A DNA stretch of 44,440 nt from an uncultured Spartobacteria bacterium (lineage in GTDB: Bacteria; Verrucomicrobiota; Verrucomicrobiia; Chthoniobacterales; UBA6821). The translations under genes were made by a program, and so were the position numbers. The notes beneath the pieces are model-generated. The model did no database searches and was not told the DNA's origin. It saw only the letters and a program-made list of their open reading frames with translations. The stretch lies in assembly GCA_903933015.1 (NCBI GenBank), contig CAIZIQ010000319.1, forward strand, positions 1 to 44,440. Reading direction: 5' to 3'. The stretch's first letter is position 1, and each line of letters begins with the position of its first letter. Below, piece after piece: positions 8,598 through 15,700 of this stretch.

Positions 8598-9563
8598 ATG
8601 CCCCGCGCCAAGGCTCCAGCCATCAAGACGCTCACCGTCGGGAAATTTTACGCCGATCACGGGACCGGGCTCGGGCTTGAGCTCGTTGGCGATTCCGCGG
8701 GAATGGAGCGTCCCATCGCGGAGCCGACCATCAACCGTCCCGGCTTGGCGCTGGCCGGCTTCTTCCGCTATTTCGCCTCGAAGCGCATCCAGGTTGCCGG
8801 TCATGCCGAGCTGAGCTACCTGCGCGGCCTCAGCGCAGTGGAGCGTGCTTCCAGGATCGAGGCGCTCTTTGAGCAGGGCATTCCCTGCCTTGTCGTCGCC
8901 CGGGGGCTTCCCTTGCCCAATGGTCTGCTCGAGCTCGCCGCCAAGGCAGAGACACCGGTTTTTCGCACCCCTTTGGTCACCATGAAATTCATCAACTCGG
9001 CCACCATCGCGCTCGAGGACGAGTTTGCCCCGGTTGCCTCCGAACACGGCAGCATGGTGGATATCATGGGCATCGGTGTCCTGATACGAGGCAAGAGCGG
9101 CATCGGGAAAAGCGAGTGCGTCCTCGGTCTCATCGAGCGCGGATACAGTTTGGTAAGCGACGACATCACGCGACTGAGAAACCTGGAGGGCCGCGAACTC
9201 ATCGGCAACAGCAAGGAACTCACCCGTTTCCACATGGAGGTACGGGGCATTGGCATCATCAACGTTGCCGCCGTTTTCGGTGTCGGATCGGTCCGTCCCG
9301 AAAAGCAGCTTGACCTTGTCGTGACGCTAAAGGATTGGCACGACGTCGAGGAGATTGATAGGTTGGGGCTCGACCGGGATACTTATGAAATTCTCGGCAT
9401 ACCCATTCCGCATGTCACCATTCCAGTCAGAACAGGTCGCGACCTTGCAAGGCTCGTTGAAGTTGCCGCCCTCGACCAGAAACTCAAGGCCATGGGACAT
9501 GATGCGGCCCGTGAATTCAATGAACGACTCCTGCGGGCGATGAAGCCCGGTCAGAAAAAATAA
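8598..9563 (+). CDS. hprK: HPr kinase/phosphorylase
   Basis: P-loop GVLIRGKSGIGKSE, then LIERGYSLVSDD and EVRGIGIINV, the characteristic HprK motifs. Confidence 0.9.
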   Translation: MPRAKAPAIKTLTVGKFYADHGTGLGLELVGDSAGMERPIAEPTINRPGLALAGFFRYFASKRIQVAGHAELSYLRGLSAVERASRIEALFEQGIPCLVVARGLPLPNGLLELAAKAETPVFRTPLVTMKFINSATIALEDEFAPVASEHGSMVDIMGIGVLIRGKSGIGKSECVLGLIERGYSLVSDDITRLRNLEGRELIGNSKELTRFHMEVRGIGIINVAAVFGVGSVRPEKQLDLVVTLKDWHDVEEIDRLGLDRDTYEILGIPIPHVTIPVRTGRDLARLVEVAALDQKLKAMGHDAAREFNERLLRAMKPGQKK

Positions 9564-9577
9564 AAAAGCCGCCAACC

Positions 9578-9868
9578 ATGAGCACTGACACCCAAGGCGA
9601 CAAAGCCTCCAAAGATCTGACCATCGAGAACCGCAATGGCCTGCATGCCCGTCCGGCGGCACTTTTTGTGAAAACCTCCAGCCGCTTCCGCTCCGAAGTC
9701 TGGGTCGAGAAGGATGGTGAGAAAGTCAACGGCAAGAGCATCATGGGTCTCATGATGCTGGCTGCGGGAAAGGGCTCCGTGCTCCGCGTCACCGCGGAAG
9801 GTGATGATGCCGGCCTGGTCCTGACAGAGCTCGAGCAGCTTATCCGGACCCGCTTTGGAGAGGAGTAG
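9578..9868 (+). CDS. ptsH: Phosphocarrier protein HPr
   Basis: 96 aa. The active-site His context is NGLHARPA and the regulatory Ser context is VNGKSIMGLM. Confidence 0.9.
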   Translation: MSTDTQGDKASKDLTIENRNGLHARPAALFVKTSSRFRSEVWVEKDGEKVNGKSIMGLMMLAAGKGSVLRVTAEGDDAGLVLTELEQLIRTRFGEE

Positions 9869-9952
9869 AGGGTGCTGCATCCCGCCCATGGCCCATGGTG
9901 CGCGCATCCTTTTAGCTTCCAGCTTCTTTCCCCGCCTTCATAGGATCCTTCC

Positions 9953-10588
9953 ATGCTAGAACTTTTGCAAAAAGGCGGCCCGCTGATGTGGATCATCCTG
10001 CTCTGCAGCGTGGTGGCCCTCGGCGTATTTTTCGAACGCCTTCTCTACCTCCACAAGGCATCCATCAGAGTGGGGGAGCTACTGGGTGGCCTTTCGCTGC
10101 TCATCCGCAATGGACGCCTCGACGAGGCCCTCGGTGAATGCTCGGCCAGCCCGGGACCGGCCGCGCGCGTCCTTCAGGCGGCGCTGCTGCGCCCCAAGGC
10201 TGAACGCAAAATCCTCCAGTCCCTCACGGCTGATGCGGCGATTCTGGAGATTCCCAAGCTGGAACGGAACCTCTCGATCCTCGCCACGCTTGCCTACATT
10301 ACCCCGCTGGTCGGCCTTCTCGGGACCATCCTGGGGCTGCTTGATGCCTTTCTGGTGCTCTCCTCCCATGGGGGATATGCGACTGCAGCCGAACTCTCCA
10401 GGGGCGTCTACGAGAGCCTGCTCGACGCGGCTTCCGGAATTGCCGTGGCCATTCCCGCCCTCATTGCACACAGCTACCTGGCCTCCCGGGTCAACGACAT
10501 CATTCATGACATGGAGAGGGCCGGCATCGAAATCGTGAATCTGCTCGTGGATGCCGGTGAGAGGCAGGATCATTCCGCCAACGGATGA
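9953..10588 (+). CDS. exbB: MotA/TolQ/ExbB-family proton channel protein
   Basis: Three TM segments and the conserved C-terminal half LATLAYITPLVGLLGTILGL...AIPALIAHSYL. Confidence 0.85.
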   Translation: MLELLQKGGPLMWIILLCSVVALGVFFERLLYLHKASIRVGELLGGLSLLIRNGRLDEALGECSASPGPAARVLQAALLRPKAERKILQSLTADAAILEIPKLERNLSILATLAYITPLVGLLGTILGLLDAFLVLSSHGGYATAAELSRGVYESLLDAASGIAVAIPALIAHSYLASRVNDIIHDMERAGIEIVNLLVDAGERQDHSANG

Positions 10589-10986
10589 GGCTCCCCCGTA
10601 GCAAGGGGGCTGGAACGCCCTTCCTCCTCATGGCACCTGCACTCGGTGCGCTGCTCAGTCTTGTTTTCTTTTTGTTACTAGGGGGGCTTTTCATTCTCCA
10701 GCCGGGAGTGGAGCTGAAGGTACCTGACTCCCCCTTTCTCCTGCTGCCGCAACACGATCCCCAGGTGGTGAGCGTGACGGGTGCGCCACTTCCCCAGATC
10801 TATTTTGACCATCAGGTGGTTACGCCCTCGGAGTTGGAGGAAGCGCTTCACAAGACCGGCAGAACGGGCAGCCTGATCATCAAGGCGGACAAGCTCGCAC
10901 CTTACGATCTCCTACTCCAGATCATGACGATCGGAGTGCACTGTGGATTCAGCGTTGTGCTCGCGACGGGCGCGACCGGGTCATGA
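10585..10986 (+). CDS. exbD: ExbD/TolR-family biopolymer transport protein
   Basis: 133 aa with one N-terminal TM and a periplasmic domain ending LIIKADKLAPYDLLLQIMTIGVHCGFSVVLAT. There is an ATGA overlap with exbB. Confidence 0.75.
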   Translation: MRLPRSKGAGTPFLLMAPALGALLSLVFFLLLGGLFILQPGVELKVPDSPFLLLPQHDPQVVSVTGAPLPQIYFDHQVVTPSELEEALHKTGRTGSLIIKADKLAPYDLLLQIMTIGVHCGFSVVLATGATGS

Positions 10987-11795
10987 AGCCGTCGATCCCC
11001 CACGTGCCGCTCTCCCCACGAGAGTTGGGGGAACTCGCGCAGTTGCTTTTCAAATGGCCGGCCAGGCAGGCCCCACGGCTAGCATTGCCGTTTTTCATTT
11101 TTATCGCGGCGATCGTGCAGGCCGGCATGCTCATTCTCTTCTCCATCAGCTACAAGGCCCCCTCGGAGACCCTACCTGTATCCCCACAGATCTATTTTCT
11201 CCCAGTCGATTCCGCGGCGTCCCGGCTATTGGCACCCTGGCTCGAAGCCAATGACCCGGCCTCCTTCTCGCCCATTCGTGCGGCCCAGACAGCAGTGCCC
11301 GCGCCACCGCCACTCCAATACCGACCCAGCTACGAGGAACCGCCCCCTCCCCTCCGGCCACTGCCTTCCGAGACACCCGGGACCATGCAGCCGCCCGCAT
11401 TACCCCTCACGGGCGTGATGCCGTTGAGAATCCCGTTTGTCGGAAGTGCCACCAATCTTGTGCCTGCGGTGAAGTCCCTGACAACGGTGCAATGGAAAGA
11501 TGAGCTTGCCGGGAGAATCCCGGCCTCCGAGATGTTGCCGACCCCCGTACCTGTCACCCTGGATGCCAGCCCATCGCTCTTTCAGGTTGGCATCTCCCCA
11601 GAGGGAAGACCCATGCATTGCGTGCTGCTGGAGTCGTCCGGCGATCCCTCCAGTGATGAATCAGCACGTATCTGGATCATGGCGCGCCGCTTCCAACCAT
11701 CCGAATCCGATTCTTGGGGCCGTGTTCTGGTGCTCTGGGGCAGTCCCTCAGCAGGAGTGACCTCCAAACCATCGCCCTCCTCGCCAAGACCATGA
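10983..11795 (+). CDS. TonB-like energy transducer (TM anchor, Pro-rich spacer, TonB-C-like domain)
   Basis: TM segment LALPFFIFIAAIVQAGMLILF, Pro-rich PAPPPLQYRPSYEEPPPPLRPLP, and a C-terminus VGISPEGRPMHCVLLESSGDPSSDESARIWIMARRFQP resembling the TonB C-terminal pattern. There is an ATGA overlap with exbD. Confidence 0.55.
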   Translation: MKPSIPHVPLSPRELGELAQLLFKWPARQAPRLALPFFIFIAAIVQAGMLILFSISYKAPSETLPVSPQIYFLPVDSAASRLLAPWLEANDPASFSPIRAAQTAVPAPPPLQYRPSYEEPPPPLRPLPSETPGTMQPPALPLTGVMPLRIPFVGSATNLVPAVKSLTTVQWKDELAGRIPASEMLPTPVPVTLDASPSLFQVGISPEGRPMHCVLLESSGDPSSDESARIWIMARRFQPSESDSWGRVLVLWGSPSAGVTSKPSPSSPRP

Positions 11796-12025
11796 TACAG
11801 ATCACCCTTTCCTGGTTTGTCTTCCTCGATCTGGCGCTTTTTCTTGCGGGAGTTCTGATCCTATGGCTGGGGTATGAATTGATCCGTAAGCGCCGTGCCA
11901 ACCTCATCGCACGTGACCGTGTTTTCTGCAGGATCTGCAACTCACGGTACACGGACACTTCGGCTTCCGATCTGCTGCATTGCCCCGTTTGCGGGAGTTT
12001 GAACGAACGCTCCACCGACGCGTGA
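11792..12025 (+). CDS. Hypothetical 77-aa membrane-anchored zinc-ribbon protein
   Basis: ATG 11792 overlaps the TGA of the TonB-like gene (ATGA). It has one TM (FVFLDLALFLAGVLILWLGY) and then CRIC-x14-CPVC. Confidence 0.5.
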   Translation: MIQITLSWFVFLDLALFLAGVLILWLGYELIRKRRANLIARDRVFCRICNSRYTDTSASDLLHCPVCGSLNERSTDA

Positions 12026-12369
12026 TTCCAATTGCACGGCACCTGTTCACTGCTTGTGAATAAGTTGTGTGAAAAACTCCCGAGGCTGGCGCAGGATGAT
12101 GTGGAACAGCGCTGTGGAGAAGATAGAAAAACCGACTTCTAACTAGAGAAAACAGGGTCTCGCGCGTGGAACATACTCTGAACAAGAGTAGATAAGGGGT
12201 CTTTTAGGTGACAATCCCGTAACATCTGATGAAATCTTGATCGGCAGCTGGAAGAGAAGCACGACAAGCAGTTCCGCAGTTGTGAATAACTTCGTCTGGA
12301 CTCGCTTCCTAACAGGATAGGCTCTCGATTTTTCGAGGGATCAATGATTAGGGAGAAGCACCAAGAATC

Positions 12370-13242
12370 CTATGGAAGAAAGCCTCGGAGCAGGGCCATG
12401 GCCTCGACATCCTCCGCAAGATCTTTTCCCTTCGGGGTCTCGAGGATTTTGGGGATTTCGGCAAGCTCCTTGGAGCGCATGATCCATCGGAAAGCATCGA
12501 GGCCGATTTTCCCTTTGCCGAGGTTGTCATGGCGGTCGACGCGAGAGCCCAGCGCGGACTTGGAGTCGTTGATGTGAAGCACCGAGAGGCGCTTCAGACC
12601 GATCACCGTGTCAAATTCCCGGAACGTTTTTTCCGCGCCTTTGGGTGAGGAAAGATCATAGCCGGCGGCGAACGCATGAGCCGTGTCGAGGCAGACCTCG
12701 AGTCGTTTGGGAGCCTTCACGCGACTGATGATTTCAGCGATCTCCTCGAATCGCGCTCCGAGGCACGCCCCCTGACCAGCCGTGGTCTCCAGGGTGATGC
12801 GGACCTTCAGGGTGGGATGCTCGGCATGAAGCTGATCGAGATTGCGCACCACGCATCCGATCCCGGCTTCCAAGCCTGCACCGAGATGTGAACCTGGATG
12901 GAGGACGAGCGAGCGGATCCCGAGTTGCTCGCAGCGCAGCATCTCATCCGCGAGGGAGCGTAACGATTTCTCGTGGTTTTCGCTTCCCTCGACGCCGAGG
13001 TTGATGAGGTATCCGGCGTGAGCAATGACAGCGCCAAGCCTTTTACGGAGGGGATGATCAATGAATGCCTGCGCATCCGCATCCGGCAGTGGTTTGGCAA
13101 ACCACTGCATATTGTTTTTTACGAAGATCTGCATCGCCGTGCATCCGATGCCGACTCCCCGCTCGATCGCAGCGGAGACACCACCCACAGTGGGAACATG
13201 CGAGCCGAGGAGAGGGAGCAGTTCGGGAGGAATTTTACTCAC
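12370..13242 (-). CDS. nfo: Endonuclease IV (deoxyribonuclease IV)
   Basis: Collinear with E. coli Nfo as recalled: HAGYLINLG, LVLHPGSH, LETTAGQG, CLDTAHAFAAGYDL, LHINDSK, GSRVDRHDNLGKGKIG. The GTG at 13242 gives a normal N-terminus; ATG 13305 would add 21 hydrophobic residues. Confidence 0.85.
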   Translation of the reverse strand: MSKIPPELLPLLGSHVPTVGGVSAAIERGVGIGCTAMQIFVKNNMQWFAKPLPDADAQAFIDHPLRKRLGAVIAHAGYLINLGVEGSENHEKSLRSLADEMLRCEQLGIRSLVLHPGSHLGAGLEAGIGCVVRNLDQLHAEHPTLKVRITLETTAGQGACLGARFEEIAEIISRVKAPKRLEVCLDTAHAFAAGYDLSSPKGAEKTFREFDTVIGLKRLSVLHINDSKSALGSRVDRHDNLGKGKIGLDAFRWIMRSKELAEIPKILETPKGKDLAEDVEAMALLRGFLP

Positions 13243-13421
13243 AGAGGTGAAGGAGATGAAGTGGATGAAGCGGAAAACTATAATGAAGAATGCAGACCAA
13301 ACCATAAGGACAATTTTCTTCCAATGCCACCTCGCGACTTTTTTCCACCACTTTTCTCCCCTGGATCCCTGTGAATACTTTTGTGCCGCACGATAGAACG
13401 AGCTCTGATAGCGTCCTCTCC

Positions 13422-15050
13422 ATGAAGGTAGGACTGGCTCAGATCAATACCACCGTCGGTGACTTTGCGGGGAACGCTGCCCGGATTCTTTCTGCCTACC
13501 ATGACCTGACGGGCAAGGGAGCTGATCTGGTGATCACGCCCGAGCTGGCCATCACGGGCTATCCGCCGCTCGATCTGATCTTTGCAGGGGAGTTTGTGGA
13601 GAGGAATCTGGCTGTCTTGGGTGAGATCCACGCAGCTGTCGGGGAGGTTCCGCTGGTCGTGGGCTTTATCGATACAAACAACTCGGGACACGGGAAGCCC
13701 TTCTATAATGCGGCGGCCTTTCTTCAGAAGGGCCTTCCTCCCAAGATCATCCACAAGCGCTTGCTCCCGACCTATGATGTCTTTGACGAGGCACGCTACT
13801 TCGAGCCAGGAAACCATTCTTTGCCGATCGAGTATGGAGGTGCGAAAATCGGAATCACCATCTGTGAGGATCTCTGGACTCCGGAGTTTCTGCCCGGGGA
13901 TCTCTACCGCGTCGATCCGCCGGCCGAGTTGGTCGCTTCTGGTGCAAATCTCCTCCTGAATCTCAGCGCCTCCCCCTTTCAATTTGGAAAACCAATCAAA
14001 AGAGCACAGATGTTAAAGTCTCAGGCAAAGAGACTTGGGTGCCCTATCTATTATTGCAACTCTGTGGGAGGCAACGATCAGCTTGTCTTTGACGGGCATT
14101 CGATTGCGCTTTCAGCCGATGGTGCGTGCGGCAGGGAATTGGGTGGATTCCAGGAAGAGCTGGCCGTGGTGGATGAGTCTACGGATCCCTTCTTACCCGA
14201 TCATGGGGATGAGCTTTTGGAGCTTTATCAGGCTCTCGTCCTGGGGCTTAGGGATTATTTTAAGAAATGTGGATTTCATAGTGCCGTGCTCGGTTTGAGC
14301 GGAGGGATTGATTCCGCGCTCACCGCAGTTTTGGCAGTTGAGGCGCTCGGCAGGGATCATGTCACCGGTGTGGCGATGCCCGGTCCCTATTCCTCGGAGG
14401 GGAGCGTTAAGGATTCCGAAGCACTTGCAAAAGCACTTGATATAAAACTTTTTACACTTCCTATAAAAGATTCGTACGAAGTTCTGAAGGCGGGTCTGAA
14501 GGAGCCCTTTGTCGGCCGTCAGGAGGATGCCACCGAAGAGAATCTCCAGGCCCGACTCCGAGGTATCACGCTCATGGCGCTTTCCAATAAGTTCGGAAGC
14601 CTGCTTCTGACAACCGGGAACAAGAGTGAGTTGGCCGTCGGATACTGCACACTCTACGGCGATATGTGTGGAGGGCTCGCCGTGATCTCCGATCTGCCCA
14701 AGACGCTTGTTTACCAACTCTCGCGGTGGATCAACCGGGATCGGGAGATCATTCCCGCCGCCACGATCGAGAAGCCTCCGAGTGCCGAGTTAAGGCCCAA
14801 TCAGACTGATCAGGATTCCCTCCCCCCCTATGATCTTCTCGACGCCGTCCTTGCACTCTACGTGGAGGAGAACCTTCCGATCCGCGAGATCATCGCGCGG
14901 GGGTATGACGAAGCTCTGGTCCGTCGCATTGCTTCTCTGGTAGACCGGAATGAGTACAAGCGGGAGCAGGCCGCGCCGGGATTGAAAGTGACCGGTCGTG
15001 CCTTCGGCATGGGTCGGCGTTTACCGCTGGCCCAGCAGTACAGACCCTAA
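13422..15050 (+). CDS. nadE: Glutamine-dependent NAD+ synthetase
   Basis: N-terminal nitrilase-like domain (MKVGLAQINTTVGDF..., ICEDLW) plus a C-terminal NAD synthetase domain (GLSGGIDSA, PP-loop). ATG 13422 is preferred over 13371. Confidence 0.9.
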   Translation: MKVGLAQINTTVGDFAGNAARILSAYHDLTGKGADLVITPELAITGYPPLDLIFAGEFVERNLAVLGEIHAAVGEVPLVVGFIDTNNSGHGKPFYNAAAFLQKGLPPKIIHKRLLPTYDVFDEARYFEPGNHSLPIEYGGAKIGITICEDLWTPEFLPGDLYRVDPPAELVASGANLLLNLSASPFQFGKPIKRAQMLKSQAKRLGCPIYYCNSVGGNDQLVFDGHSIALSADGACGRELGGFQEELAVVDESTDPFLPDHGDELLELYQALVLGLRDYFKKCGFHSAVLGLSGGIDSALTAVLAVEALGRDHVTGVAMPGPYSSEGSVKDSEALAKALDIKLFTLPIKDSYEVLKAGLKEPFVGRQEDATEENLQARLRGITLMALSNKFGSLLLTTGNKSELAVGYCTLYGDMCGGLAVISDLPKTLVYQLSRWINRDREIIPAATIEKPPSAELRPNQTDQDSLPPYDLLDAVLALYVEENLPIREIIARGYDEALVRRIASLVDRNEYKREQAAPGLKVTGRAFGMGRRLPLAQQYRP

Positions 15051-15060
15051 ATAGTTGACC

Positions 15061-15570
15061 ATGGATCCTCAATCCCTCCAAGCCATCCTTGGTCAGGCCC
15101 AGGCTTTTTTTGCTTCCAAGGGTCTCCGTTTCACGAAGCAGCGCGAGGCGCTTGTCACGCTGATCTTCCGCAACGACGAGCACTTCAAGCCAGAGGATCT
15201 CCTCCCCAAGCTCGGTAAATCCCACGCCGTTTCACGCGCCACGGTCTACCGAACCATCGCGCTGTTGGTCGAGAGCGGCATGCTTCGCGAGATTTCGCTC
15301 GGGGGAGGGGAGCGCCTCTACGACCCGAACTTTCTTCAGAGCCCCCATCACAATCACCTGATCTGCGTCGATTGCCGCAAGATCATTGAATTTGAGGATC
15401 CCAACATCGATGTGATGCAGAACTGCATCACGCGGAGGCTCGGGTTTTCCCCCACCCAGAAGGCGCTCCGTATCGAGGGAAGTTGCGATCGGTTGCGATT
15501 GCTGGGAACGTGCCCGAACTTCAAGGAAGGAAAGAAGAAATCGATTCCTGGCACGAAGCGCCGAGTCTAG
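15061..15570 (+). CDS. fur: Fur-family transcriptional regulator
   Basis: Winged-helix segment VSRATVYRTIALLVESGML and metal site HHNHLICVDCRKIIEF. It lies immediately upstream of feoAB. Confidence 0.85.
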   Translation: MDPQSLQAILGQAQAFFASKGLRFTKQREALVTLIFRNDEHFKPEDLLPKLGKSHAVSRATVYRTIALLVESGMLREISLGGGERLYDPNFLQSPHHNHLICVDCRKIIEFEDPNIDVMQNCITRRLGFSPTQKALRIEGSCDRLRLLGTCPNFKEGKKKSIPGTKRRV

Positions 15571-15604
15571 TGATGCCGCAAGCAAAGCGTCTCCGCAGAC
15601 GAGA

Positions 15605-15639
15605 TTGACACACAAAAAGTATTGAGATTGAATCTCAAT
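15605..15639 (+). promoter_or_regulatory. Putative sigma-70 promoter (TTGACA-17-TTGAAT) overlapped by a perfect 9-1-9 palindrome ATTGAGATT-G-AATCTCAAT (Fur-box-like operator)
   Basis: TTGACA at 15605-15610 and TTGAAT at 15628-15633. The 19-bp AT-rich palindrome at 15621-15639 has Fur-box length and symmetry and lies between fur and feoAB. Confidence 0.55.
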
Positions 15640-15700
15640 CTCCTCGGAAAAAAGCAGTCGCCGATCAGATCGATGGTGCTTTCCCGAGGGAGCACTGACC

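Noticed and set aside
12096-12146. 16-codon ORF MMWNSAVEKIEKPTSN in the 344-bp gap
   Set aside because: It is too short, hydrophilic and featureless. There is no convincing RBS and no support beyond the ATG.
12241-12300. GGAAGAGAAGCA resembling the SRP RNA helix-8 motif GGAAGGAAGCAG
   Set aside because: The surrounding sequence cannot form the conserved SRP helix 8 or the closing stems. The resemblance is limited to a short purine run.
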